A DNA stretch of 64,000 bases from an uncultured Erysipelothrix sp. (GTDB taxonomy: Bacteria > Bacillota_I > Bacilli_A > Erysipelotrichales > Erysipelotrichaceae), in NCBI GenBank assembly GCA_964653415.1, contig CAZZFJ010000001.1, forward strand, positions 15,380-79,379. Reading direction: 5' to 3'. A program made the translations under genes and the position numbers. Numbering within the stretch: the stretch's first letter is position 1; the number at the start of each line of letters is the position of its first letter. Shown here piece by piece: positions 17,247-26,718 of the stretch. The notes beneath the pieces are model-generated. The model was given only the letters and a program-made list of their open reading frames with translations. It made no database searches and was not told where the DNA came from.

Positions 17247-19826
17247 ATGAAACTAGATATTCTAGAAACCCTAAGACTCAATCAAGATGAACTCTTTGAA
17301 TTAGTCGAGGGAAAACAAGGCGGATTCACATCCGAAGAAGCCGCCACACAATTAGAAAAATTCGGACCCAACGCGATCACAAAAGCGAAAAAACCAAATC
17401 CACTCATTGGATTTGTAAACGTTTTGATTAACCCTTTTAACTTAGTTCTCATTGTGGTGATTATCATCACATTTATTAATGATATTTTAATTGTAAAAGA
17501 AAAAGATTTTGTTACCATCGGAATCCTCTTATTGGTTGTTTTAGCTTCCACTCTGGTATCCTTCATCCAAGATGAAAGATCCAGTGCAGCTGGTGAAAAA
17601 TTACTGGACATGGTATCCAATACCACAGCCGTATTACGGGATGGAAAATTCATAGAAGTTGCGATTAATGACATTGTTTTGGGTGATATCATACGTTTAT
17701 CAGCCGGAGATATTATCCCAGCTGATTTACGGATAATATCAGCCAAGGACCTCTTCTTATCTCAAGCAACATTAACTGGAGAATCCCTGCCTATTGAGAA
17801 ATGGGTGAGCTTAGATGATGAACTTTTAGACCAAGAAACTGATTATACAAACTTAGCACTCATGGGGACAAACGTTGTCTCTGGTGCAGGAAGTGGTGTT
17901 GTCATTCGCCGTGGGGATGATTCTTATTTAGGAAGCATGGCCAAGTCCCTATCAGAAATCGAAAGTACCAATAGTTTTGAAAACAGCATTAGTATTATTT
18001 CAAAACTTCTATTTAAATTGATGTTGGTGATGCTACCTATTATCTTCTTAATTAATGGACTCCTAAAAAAAGACTTTGTTTCAGCATTTATATTTGCTTT
18101 AACTGTTGCGGTAGGGCTAACACCTGAAATGTTACCCGTTGCCCTAACCAGTGGTTTATCACGCGGGGCCATCAACATGGCCAAACATAAAACAATCATT
18201 AAATCACAATCATCGATTTCAACTTTTGGAGAAATGGATATTCTATGTACTGACAAAACAGGTACAATTACTCAAGATGAAATCATCTTAGAGCGATATA
18301 TGGATGTTAAAGGTGATGATGATATGCGTATACTTAGACACGCTTATCTAAACTCCTACTTCCAAAGTGGACTAAAAAATTTAATCGACTTAGCTATCAT
18401 TACCCGTGCTGAATCATATAATATGCAAGATTTAGTCAATTACTATGATGTAGTAGATGAAATTCCATTTGATTTTGCTCGACGCAGAATGAGTGTTATC
18501 CTAGAAGATCAAAACGGAAAACGACAATTAATTACTAAAGGAGCTGTCGAAGAGATTCTAGAGAACTCTAAATATATCGACCGCGATGGTGAAGTCATGT
18601 TACTGGATGATACCGTACGTGCTGAAGCCCTTGAAGTATATTCCCAGCATAATCATGATGGTTTACGAATGATTGCAGTTGCACAAAAAAATGACATTCC
18701 TGAAGAGCATGAGTTTTCAATTGAAGATGAAAATGACCTGGTGCTCATTGGATTCATTGGATTTTTAGACCCACCAAAAGAAAGTGCCAAACCAACAATC
18801 GAAAGTTTACACGATCATGGTGTTGAAGTAGTGGTCATTACAGGCGACTCCCTAGGAGTAGCGAAAAAAGTTTGTTCTAAAGTTGGAATTGAAACAGATA
18901 TAACCTATTTAGGAACTGAGATTGAAATGATGAGTGATGAAGAACTTCAAGAAATCATCCCAACATGTCAACTTTACGCCAAAATATCACCTACCCAAAA
19001 ACAAAGAATTGTACAGGCCTATCAAAACCGAGGCCATATCGTTGGATTCTTGGGTGATGGTATTAATGACTCCCTAGCATTAGGTCAAGCAGATGTTGGT
19101 ATTTCTGTAGATACAGCTGTAGATATCGCCAAAGAAAGTGCTGATATCATTCTTTTAGAAAAAGACTTACGCGTACTTGAAGCTGGAATCCTTGAAGGTA
19201 GAAAAACAATAGTGAACATGATTAAATATCTCGAACTTGCTGTTAGTGGTAACTTTGGGAATATGATATCTGTTATTGTTGCAAGTATCTTCTTGCCCTT
19301 TTTACCCCTATTACCTGTTCATATTTTAGTTCAAAATTTAATTTCTGATGTAGCGCAGATCGGTATTCCTTTTGATAACGTTGAGGAATCAGAAGTCTTA
19401 AGACCCAAGCGATTAGATAGTAACTCACTCAAACACTTCATGAAAGTATTTGGTCCTTTGAGTTCTATCTTCGATATCCTCTGTTTTGTAGTTCTATGGT
19501 TTGTCTTAAAAATTCAAACACCAGAACAAGCCATCATTTTCCAAGTATTCTGGTTCACATTTGGAATCATTTCACAATCCTTGGTCATCTATGTCATTCG
19601 TACTAAAAAACCTTTATCAATCAAAAACAAACCCTCTACAACGATGGTCATAACCACCTTGTCATCTGTAGTTGCAACACTCTTAATTGTTACAACTCGT
19701 CTTTCAGAAACAGTAGATTTAATTATGATTGATCCCATTCACTTACTGTGGGTATTTGGAATTGTTGCATTGTACTTAACAACAACAATTATCGTCAAAA
19801 AATTTACTTGGACCCCATTAGATTAA
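17247..19826 (+). CDS. mgtA: Magnesium-translocating P-type ATPase (P3B)
   Basis: TGES, VGLTPEMLP, phosphorylation motif LCTDKTGT, YFQSGLKNLID, DEIPFDFARRRMS, FLDPPK, GDGIND and SGNFGNMIS. Confidence 0.93.
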   Translation: MKLDILETLRLNQDELFELVEGKQGGFTSEEAATQLEKFGPNAITKAKKPNPLIGFVNVLINPFNLVLIVVIIITFINDILIVKEKDFVTIGILLLVVLASTLVSFIQDERSSAAGEKLLDMVSNTTAVLRDGKFIEVAINDIVLGDIIRLSAGDIIPADLRIISAKDLFLSQATLTGESLPIEKWVSLDDELLDQETDYTNLALMGTNVVSGAGSGVVIRRGDDSYLGSMAKSLSEIESTNSFENSISIISKLLFKLMLVMLPIIFLINGLLKKDFVSAFIFALTVAVGLTPEMLPVALTSGLSRGAINMAKHKTIIKSQSSISTFGEMDILCTDKTGTITQDEIILERYMDVKGDDDMRILRHAYLNSYFQSGLKNLIDLAIITRAESYNMQDLVNYYDVVDEIPFDFARRRMSVILEDQNGKRQLITKGAVEEILENSKYIDRDGEVMLLDDTVRAEALEVYSQHNHDGLRMIAVAQKNDIPEEHEFSIEDENDLVLIGFIGFLDPPKESAKPTIESLHDHGVEVVVITGDSLGVAKKVCSKVGIETDITYLGTEIEMMSDEELQEIIPTCQLYAKISPTQKQRIVQAYQNRGHIVGFLGDGINDSLALGQADVGISVDTAVDIAKESADIILLEKDLRVLEAGILEGRKTIVNMIKYLELAVSGNFGNMISVIVASIFLPFLPLLPVHILVQNLISDVAQIGIPFDNVEESEVLRPKRLDSNSLKHFMKVFGPLSSIFDILCFVVLWFVLKIQTPEQAIIFQVFWFTFGIISQSLVIYVIRTKKPLSIKNKPSTTMVITTLSSVVATLLIVTTRLSETVDLIMIDPIHLLWVFGIVALYLTTTIIVKKFTWTPLD

Positions 19827-19839
19827 GTCAAAGCAAATG

Positions 19840-19877
19840 AAAACACTATGTCAATTTTATAACATAGTGTTTTTTTT
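19840..19877. terminator. Bidirectional terminator between convergent mgtA and oppD
   Basis: AAAACACTATGT ... ACATAGTGTTTT inverted repeat with A and T runs on the flanks. Confidence 0.8.
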
Positions 19878-20814
19878 ACTTTAAATTTACTGCAACAAAG
19901 TGATCCTTTTCATACTGATACCAGTCTGAATCTGCTTCACCATTTTCTCTGAAATTCTTAAAATCAAATGTATCACACTCATTAATGTAATAATCGAGTT
20001 TTTTATTCTCAGTCTTATCCGAATTAATATCAGTACGCATAAAAGCAGATATTAAGATACGAGTATAAGGATGCACTGGCTTTTTAAATATTTTTTCAAT
20101 TGGAGCTTTTTCAACAACCTTACCATGAATCATTACAATGACATCATCTGCCATTTGAGATACCACTCCTAGATCATGTGAAATGAAGATAATGGATGTA
20201 CCAAGATCATGTTTTAAATCGTTCATTAGCTTTAAGATATCAGCCTGTATGATAACGTCCAATGCTGTAGTAGGCTCATCAGCAATCAATAATTTAGGAT
20301 TACATGCAAGAGCCATAGCAATCATAACCCTTTGGCTCATGCCACCTGATAATTGAAAAGGATAGGCATTTAAAATTCGCTTAGGATCTTGAATACGAAC
20401 GGCCTCTAACATTTGTAGTGATAATTCACTTGCCTCTTTCTTACTCACATCCTGATGAAGTAATATCGCTTCATTCAACTGTTTTTTAACAGTAAAGACA
20501 GGGTTTAGTGATGTCATGGGCTCTTGAAATATCATAGAGATTTCATTACCACGAATGTCTCTGAGCTCCTTTTCACTCATTTGGGTAAGTTCTTTACCGT
20601 CGTATTGAATGCTGCCTTCATATATTTTTTGGTTGTCTTCAAAAAGTCTCAAAATAGACATAGCAGTCTGACTCTTACCACTGCCTGATTCTCCAACAAT
20701 ACCTAGAGTTCTCCCTTTTTCAAGTTCAAAACTCACACCTTGAACCGCCTTAACAGTCCCTTTATCGGTTTCAAAATAAGTGTGTAAATTCTCTACTTTT
20801 AGTAATGGCATCAT
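19876..20814 (-). CDS. oppD: Oligopeptide/dipeptide ABC transporter ATP-binding protein (OppD/DppD)
   Basis: GESGSGKS, MIFQEPMTSLNP, LSGGMSQRVMIA, ADEPTTALD and HPYT. Confidence 0.92.
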   Translation of the reverse strand: MMPLLKVENLHTYFETDKGTVKAVQGVSFELEKGRTLGIVGESGSGKSQTAMSILRLFEDNQKIYEGSIQYDGKELTQMSEKELRDIRGNEISMIFQEPMTSLNPVFTVKKQLNEAILLHQDVSKKEASELSLQMLEAVRIQDPKRILNAYPFQLSGGMSQRVMIAMALACNPKLLIADEPTTALDVIIQADILKLMNDLKHDLGTSIIFISHDLGVVSQMADDVIVMIHGKVVEKAPIEKIFKKPVHPYTRILISAFMRTDINSDKTENKKLDYYINECDTFDFKNFRENGEADSDWYQYEKDHFVAVNLK

Positions 20815-22076
20815 AGATCCCCTTTCTCTAAATTCCGAGCAGCAACAAAGTGTTTTGGTCTCACTTCAACCCACTCTCTATCAGGAATTTTAGATTCTTC
20901 AAAGGAAGCAAAATCTACTTCAACATCTCGCTTATTCTCAAATACCAATTCTTCATCACTTAATCGTGGAATTGCTTTTAAGAGTTGCTTTGTATAGGGA
21001 TGTTGTGGGTTATTAAAAATTTCCTCAGCAGGCGCTAGTTCGACCAAGTTTCCAAAGTACATAACTCCGATTCTATCACTAATATAGCGCACTACCCCTA
21101 AGTCATGAGTAATAAACAGGTAAGTCATTTTACGCTGTTTCTTTAAATCTTGAAGTAAGTTTATTATTTGCGATTGAATGGACACATCCAATGCACTTAC
21201 AGCCTCATCCGCGACAATAAAGGTCGGTTCAAGCGCTACTGCTCTAGCAATGCCAATCCTTTGTCTTTGACCCCCTGAAAACTGATGAGGATACCGTTTG
21301 GCGAAACTACGATCGAGTCCACATTGTTCCATAACATCATAAATATATTCCTTGTATTCCGGACTTTTTTTATCTTTAAAGATTCCCATAGTAATTAAGC
21401 CTTCTCCAATGATATCCTCCACTGTATGACGGGGATCTAAAGAAGAGTAAGGGTCTTGAAAGATAATTTGTAGTTCCTTTCTTAGAGAACGCATTTCATT
21501 TTTAGTCAGCAAACTTAAATCAATGCCTTCATCACGGTACTGATCCCAGAAAGTAAAATCACTTTGCTCTTTTGCTTCTACTAATAATGTATCAAAAACC
21601 TGCCTCAATGATTCTTTATTAGAGTAGGCTTTTTGAAGTCGTTTTTGGGCCTCAGAAAGATTGGGATGTGCTAGGATACCTCCAAAGAAACGTAGAGCAC
21701 CACGCTGAGGACTGACTAAAAGAAACTTATCTACTTTTTTGCTTCGTTTAGCGCGAATATCTAAGAGTGCTTTTTTGATTGAAGTGATGCGCATCATATC
21801 TTTTTTTAGATACTCGGGCCTAAAATCAAAAATATTGACACCATAATAGAGTGTTGCACCCCCTGTTTGTTCATGAAGTTGGATTAATGTTCTACCAAAT
21901 GTTGATTTTCCACATCCTGATTCCCCCACTAAACCCAAAGTTTCTCCTTCCAGAATATCAATGTTAATATCCTTATTGGCACGAACAAAATCTTGTTTCT
22001 TTGATAAGAAATTGGAGTTACTAATCGGGAAATATTTTCTTAGATTAAATGCAGAAATTAATACTTTTTCACTCAT
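20811..22076 (-). CDS. oppF: Oligopeptide ABC transporter ATP-binding protein (OppF/DppF) with internal insertion
   Basis: GESGCGKST, IIFQDPYSSLDP, FSGGQRQRIGIARA, ADEAVSALDVSIQ and HPYT. Confidence 0.92.
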   Translation of the reverse strand: MSEKVLISAFNLRKYFPISNSNFLSKKQDFVRANKDINIDILEGETLGLVGESGCGKSTFGRTLIQLHEQTGGATLYYGVNIFDFRPEYLKKDMMRITSIKKALLDIRAKRSKKVDKFLLVSPQRGALRFFGGILAHPNLSEAQKRLQKAYSNKESLRQVFDTLLVEAKEQSDFTFWDQYRDEGIDLSLLTKNEMRSLRKELQIIFQDPYSSLDPRHTVEDIIGEGLITMGIFKDKKSPEYKEYIYDVMEQCGLDRSFAKRYPHQFSGGQRQRIGIARAVALEPTFIVADEAVSALDVSIQSQIINLLQDLKKQRKMTYLFITHDLGVVRYISDRIGVMYFGNLVELAPAEEIFNNPQHPYTKQLLKAIPRLSDEELVFENKRDVEVDFASFEESKIPDREWVEVRPKHFVAARNLEKGDL

Positions 22077-22954
22077 CGTGCGCCTCCTTTACTTCTAAGT
22101 TTTGGGTCAAAGGCATCACGGATACCATCACCTAATAAGTTAAATGATAAAATTGTAAGCATAATTGCAGCCCCTGGGAATATCGTTAAATATGCATGGG
22201 TTCGAATATAAGCACGACCAGCATTCAACATGGTTCCCCATTCCGCTGTTGATGCTTCAATTCCCAAGCCAATAAAACCAAGACCTGCTGCAGATAGGAT
22301 TGCTGATGCAACTCCCATTGTCGCTTGTACAATGATGGGTGACATGGCATTGGGCAAAATATGTTTGACGATAATTTTTAAATCACTCATTCCCGTTGCA
22401 CGCGCTGCTTCAATGAACTGTTGTTCTTTTACTGACATCACTGCAGATCGTACAATCCGTATAAATATTGGAACATTACCTACTCCAATTGCAAATATTA
22501 AATTTCTTAGACTCGAACCAAACGCTGCTACAAGAGCAATCGCTAAAAGAATGGATGGAATGGATAAGAGCATATCCGTTAATCGCATGATCACTTGATC
22601 GACTCGTTTTCCAAAATAGCCCGCTAACACTCCAAAAAAAGTACCAACCACTAATGCAATAGCCATAGAACTGGTTCCAATAATAAGTGAGATACGAGTA
22701 CCATAAATGATACGACTCAGGACATCGCGTCCAAGATCATCCGTTCCAAAAATATGGGTCATATTGGGTTTTTGTAAATTATTCTTCAAATTTTGTGTTC
22801 TCATTCCAAAGGGTGCAATGAGATCTGCAAAAACCGCAAGGAAGACTAAAAAAATGATAAAGTATAAACCCACCATCGCGCGCTTATTCTTTTTCAGTTC
22901 ATACCAAAATGAATTGAGGGAATTTTCTTTTCTTTGTTTTTTATCTTTTTTCAT
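22073..22954 (-). CDS. oppC: Peptide ABC transporter permease (OppC/DppC)
   Basis: FGTDDLGRDVLSR, EAARATGMS..IIVKHILPN and FNLLGDGIRDAFDP. Confidence 0.92.
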   Translation of the reverse strand: MKKDKKQRKENSLNSFWYELKKNKRAMVGLYFIIFLVFLAVFADLIAPFGMRTQNLKNNLQKPNMTHIFGTDDLGRDVLSRIIYGTRISLIIGTSSMAIALVVGTFFGVLAGYFGKRVDQVIMRLTDMLLSIPSILLAIALVAAFGSSLRNLIFAIGVGNVPIFIRIVRSAVMSVKEQQFIEAARATGMSDLKIIVKHILPNAMSPIIVQATMGVASAILSAAGLGFIGLGIEASTAEWGTMLNAGRAYIRTHAYLTIFPGAAIMLTILSFNLLGDGIRDAFDPKLRSKGGAR

Positions 22955-22963
22955 ACTATCCCC

Positions 22964-23893
22964 CTACTTATATTGTTCTGAAATTCTTGGATCAATGAAG
23001 GCATATAAAATATCAACACCCAAATTTACTAGGGTAAAAACAAGAGCTACAAATAGGACAGATCCCTGTACTATCATCATGTCTCGCTGGCGAATTGCAT
23101 TTACCATTAAGGTTCCTAAGCCGTTGATACTAAAAATAGACTCTGTTAATACTGCCCCTCCCAGTAGACTTCCAAATTGTAAACCAATAACTGTCACAAC
23201 TGGCAGTAAAGCATTTCTAAGGGTATGTTCAAAAATAACAGTAAGATTAGAAGCTCCCTTAGCCCGTGCAGTACGAATAAAATCTTGACCTGCTACATCT
23301 AAATAAGAGGAACGCGTAATCCGTGCTATAGAGCCAATGGATGCTGAAGCCAGTGTAAACACTGGTAAGACCATTTGATTCAAATGATCAAATCCTGTTG
23401 TTGGAAACCAACCTAGCGTTAAGGAGAAAGTGATAATTAAAATTAAGCCCATCCAAAATGCAGGCATACTTACCCCAATCAACGACAATATCATAATAAA
23501 ATTATCAGCTTTTGAATTGGGCTTAATTGCAGCAATTACCCCTAATGGGATACCTAATACTGCAGCAACCCCAATACTTAAAGCAGCCAGTTGCATGGTA
23601 TTGGGCAGTCGAATCAATATTTCTTTCATCACCTGACGATTATTGATATATGAACGACCCAAATCAAAGTTAAAGAACACCTTATAAGCATAGTTCCCAA
23701 ATTGAACCAAGAACGGTTTATCCAAGCCCAACTCTTGAGTTAGTTTCAAAACATCTTCAGGTTGTGCAGATTCGCCAAGAATAATGGTAATGGGATCACC
23801 TGGTGAGAAATGCATGATTGAAAAGACAATGAAAGAAACCCCCAACATGACCGGTATAACCCATAAGAGTCTTTTTAATATATATTTAACCAT
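22964..23893 (-). CDS. oppB: Peptide ABC transporter permease (OppB/DppB)
   Basis: DFIRTARAKG, HTLRNALLP, GAVLTESIF and DILYAFIDPRI. Confidence 0.92.
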   Translation of the reverse strand: MVKYILKRLLWVIPVMLGVSFIVFSIMHFSPGDPITIILGESAQPEDVLKLTQELGLDKPFLVQFGNYAYKVFFNFDLGRSYINNRQVMKEILIRLPNTMQLAALSIGVAAVLGIPLGVIAAIKPNSKADNFIMILSLIGVSMPAFWMGLILIITFSLTLGWFPTTGFDHLNQMVLPVFTLASASIGSIARITRSSYLDVAGQDFIRTARAKGASNLTVIFEHTLRNALLPVVTVIGLQFGSLLGGAVLTESIFSINGLGTLMVNAIRQRDMMIVQGSVLFVALVFTLVNLGVDILYAFIDPRISEQYK

Positions 23894-23911
23894 AATTCAT
23901 CCTTTCATAGT

Positions 23912-23942
23912 TTTTTAAAGGGTCAATTTTCATTGACCCCTT
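23912..23942 (-). terminator. Hairpin between oppA and oppB (partial terminator or mRNA-stabilising stem)
   Basis: AAGGGGTCAAT-GAAA-ATTGACCCTT on the minus strand directly after the oppA stop. Confidence 0.65.
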
Positions 23943-23947
23943 CTGTA

Positions 23948-25462
23948 TTATTCTACGTAAACTTTGTCTAGGTAGTGCGTTGCGGTAGGGTGATGTTTAA
24001 AACCTTTCACCTTATTAGAAATACCAGTAATGTTTTCACCATCTTGTAGGAAAATCCATGGAGCATCTTCATTAATATAAACTTGTGCTTCTTGGTAATC
24101 CTTGAGACGAGCATCCTGATTGGTACTGTAACGCGCAGCTGTTAATAGAGCATCTACTTTTTCATTCTTATAGAATGAACGGTTTCCTGCTTCACCAAAT
24201 TGTGATGAGTGGAATAGTGGGAACAAACCATAATCCCCATCGGTAGTAACAGTAGTCCATCCAAGAATAAACATATCATGTTCGCCCTCTGCAGTAGCTG
24301 CTAAGAATGCGCCCCACTCCAGTTGCTTAATTTCAACATTAATATTGATTTTGGAAAGTTCTTCCTTGACAACTTGAGCAATTTGAATTCTTTGTGGGTT
24401 GTTGTCACCAACAAATAGATTCACTGAGAAGCCATCGGCATATCCTGCTTCAGCAAGTAGTGCCTTAGCTTTATCGACATCATAGTCATAAGTATCAAGA
24501 TTAGGATTTGCACCGAATGCTTGCGCATTTAGCGGTCCTTGTGCAGGTTTTCCAACACCAAGATATACAGCTTCTAAAATAGTATCAATATCAATAGCGT
24601 AGTTAATTGCTTGACGTACTGCTTTTTCTTTAATAGGAGTATCACTTAACAGATTAAATCCAACATAAGATGTGGATAGATCTAAGTCACGAACTAATGT
24701 TAGATCAGCATGTGCCTCAACTTTTGCAATATCTGCAGGTGCTATATTATAAGCAATATCTACTTCACCATTTTCAAGTGCTGCTTCACGAACCGTTGCA
24801 TCTCCAATGAACTTAAAGACAATTTTAGGAGATTTTGCTTTATCGCCATGGTAATCATCATTTCTTTCTAAAGTGAGGTCACTTCCAACATTCCATGATC
24901 CTAATTTGAAAGGTCCTGTACCCACAGCAGTAGTTCCTAAATCTTCACCTGCCGCTTCAACAGCCTTTTCACTCATAATCGCCGTAGCAGGGTGCGCAAG
25001 ATGGGTTAAAAAGGGTCCAAAAGGTTCTTCAGATCCAATACGAATGGTGTAATTATCCACTACCTCAAGTTTATCAAGTGATATTGAACTTACAATATGC
25101 CCAATATATCCTGATCCTTTAGCACGCGTCAGTGAGAATGCAACGTCTTTGGCAGTAAAGTCACTACCATCATGCCATTTGACACCTTGCTTCAATTTGA
25201 ACTCATAGGTAGTCTCATCGACAGCCTCCCATGACTCTGCAAGTGATGGAATCAAATTAAGATCTTCATCTTGTCTGATTAATGTTTCAAAAATATTTTT
25301 TGCAACACGAGTTGTTGCTGTATCATTTGTATTTTGAATATCAAATGTTACAGGGTCAGTGTCTGCTGCAACATACACGCCATCTTTTGCATCAGATGAA
25401 CATGCTGTTAATGCGAGTAATGCCACAATCAGAACACTCAGTAATTTAGCTGTTTTTTTCAT
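23948..25462 (-). CDS. oppA: Family 5 peptide-binding lipoprotein (OppA/DppA/GsiB-like)
   Basis: Lipobox LTAC, FETL..PSLAESWE, GVKWHDG..TAKDV, VGTGPFKL and GNRSFYKNEKVD. Confidence 0.9.
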   Translation of the reverse strand: MKKTAKLLSVLIVALLALTACSSDAKDGVYVAADTDPVTFDIQNTNDTATTRVAKNIFETLIRQDEDLNLIPSLAESWEAVDETTYEFKLKQGVKWHDGSDFTAKDVAFSLTRAKGSGYIGHIVSSISLDKLEVVDNYTIRIGSEEPFGPFLTHLAHPATAIMSEKAVEAAGEDLGTTAVGTGPFKLGSWNVGSDLTLERNDDYHGDKAKSPKIVFKFIGDATVREAALENGEVDIAYNIAPADIAKVEAHADLTLVRDLDLSTSYVGFNLLSDTPIKEKAVRQAINYAIDIDTILEAVYLGVGKPAQGPLNAQAFGANPNLDTYDYDVDKAKALLAEAGYADGFSVNLFVGDNNPQRIQIAQVVKEELSKININVEIKQLEWGAFLAATAEGEHDMFILGWTTVTTDGDYGLFPLFHSSQFGEAGNRSFYKNEKVDALLTAARYSTNQDARLKDYQEAQVYINEDAPWIFLQDGENITGISNKVKGFKHHPTATHYLDKVYVE

Positions 25463-25685
25463 AAGCCACCTCTTTCATGGTATCAATATACCAAATGATT
25501 TTCTAGTTTGCAATACTTTTTCATACATTTTTGTAAATAATTTCAGTAATTTATGAAATGATTTACATTTTCTTTCATAAACATGCATTAAATCATACAG
25601 TAAAAAATCGGAAAAGAAATCCTTGAATACCCCAATTTTACTTTTTTCATTTGCACAAAAACCAAAGCTATGAAATACTATATGT

Positions 25686-26522
25686 ATGGAAAAGAAATAT
25701 AGAGTAAAAAAAATATTAAATAATAATGCTGTTTATGTAACCGCAAATTTTTTAGAGTACATTGTTATCGGTTTAGGGATTGGCTACCATTTAAAAACGC
25801 ATCAAATTGTACCTAATGATAAAATTGAAAAAGTATTTGCTTTAGAAAAAGAAGATGTGGGTCGTATTATGAAATTGGCTCAAGAAGTACCCCAGGGACT
25901 TTTCATGGATTTATACAATATCATCGACAACATCGCCCATCAATATAAGATTGATTTAGATAATCATGCCTATATCGCTTTAATTGATCACATTCAATTC
26001 TCAATCCAACGTTATAATCAAAATCAAAAAGTTCAAAACTTAATGAATCCTGATATCAAAATATTCTATCCTAAAGAATATGAAATGGCACAAAATTTAT
26101 TAAATCAATTAAATACACAACTAAATATTGACCTTCCAGAGGATGAAATAGGTTTTATCACAATTCACATTGTGAATGGTATCAACACCAGTATTAATAA
26201 CCAAACCAATACCATCACAGATGCAATCTATGATACTCTTAATATTGTACGTGACCATTATCTCATTTCCTTAAAACTTGAAGACCCCATGACCCAGCGT
26301 ATTACCATTCACTTAAAAATGCTGATTCAACGGGTTCTTTCCAAAACACAAATCCTTGAGGAAAAGATTGTCTTAGAGAATGTTTTAAAGGATTTTGTTG
26401 AGGCAAAGGAATGCGCCATCAAAATTAAAGATTACTTAGAAAAACGCTTTAAAACCTCAGTGAATACACAAGAAATTGTATATTTAACGATTCATTTGAA
26501 TCGACTTCAAAGTCACATTTAG
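25686..26522 (+). CDS. BglG/LicT-family transcriptional antiterminator (CAT + two PRD domains)
   Basis: CAT domain YRVKKILNNNAV...GLGIGY. PRD histidines in LIDHIQFSIQR, FITIHI, ITIHLKMLIQR and YLTIHLNR. Confidence 0.9.
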   Translation: MEKKYRVKKILNNNAVYVTANFLEYIVIGLGIGYHLKTHQIVPNDKIEKVFALEKEDVGRIMKLAQEVPQGLFMDLYNIIDNIAHQYKIDLDNHAYIALIDHIQFSIQRYNQNQKVQNLMNPDIKIFYPKEYEMAQNLLNQLNTQLNIDLPEDEIGFITIHIVNGINTSINNQTNTITDAIYDTLNIVRDHYLISLKLEDPMTQRITIHLKMLIQRVLSKTQILEEKIVLENVLKDFVEAKECAIKIKDYLEKRFKTSVNTQEIVYLTIHLNRLQSHI

Positions 26523-26532
26523 ATAAAATGAT

Positions 26533-26587
26533 TTGACAAGCACTCCCCTTCAGTTTATACTCTAGGTAGATGTAACCACTTACGTCT
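26533..26587 (+). promoter_or_regulatory. Promoter of the trehalose operon with a cre-like palindrome near the start site
   Basis: TTGACA (26533) -17- TATACT (26556-26561). Imperfect palindrome AGATGTAA-CCAC-TTACGTCT (26568-26587) contains TGTAACCACTTACG, two mismatches from the cre consensus. Confidence 0.6.
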
Positions 26588-26612
26588 ATAGACTTATGTA
26601 ATCAAACCATGA

Positions 26613-26677
26613 GGCTTGTAACCAAATGGGCAAGACCTCCGAGTTGATGTTTTTTAAACACGACTTGGGGGTCTTTT
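26613..26677 (+). promoter_or_regulatory. RAT (ribonucleic antiterminator) overlapping an intrinsic terminator
   Basis: GGCTTGTAACCAAATGGGCAAGACC matches the GGxTTGTxACx...GGCAxxACC RAT pattern. Its 3' end is the 5' arm of terminator AAGACCTCCGAGT...ACTTGGGGGTCTT-TTGT. Confidence 0.8.
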
Positions 26678-26718
26678 GTATTGATTAAACCCATTTCATA
26701 AATAAAGGAGGTACAAAA

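Noticed and set aside
25525-25560. CodY box upstream of oppA
   Set aside because: The best match (TAATTTCAGTAATTT) has four mismatches to AATTTTCWGAAAATT in very AT-rich DNA, which is not distinguishable from chance.
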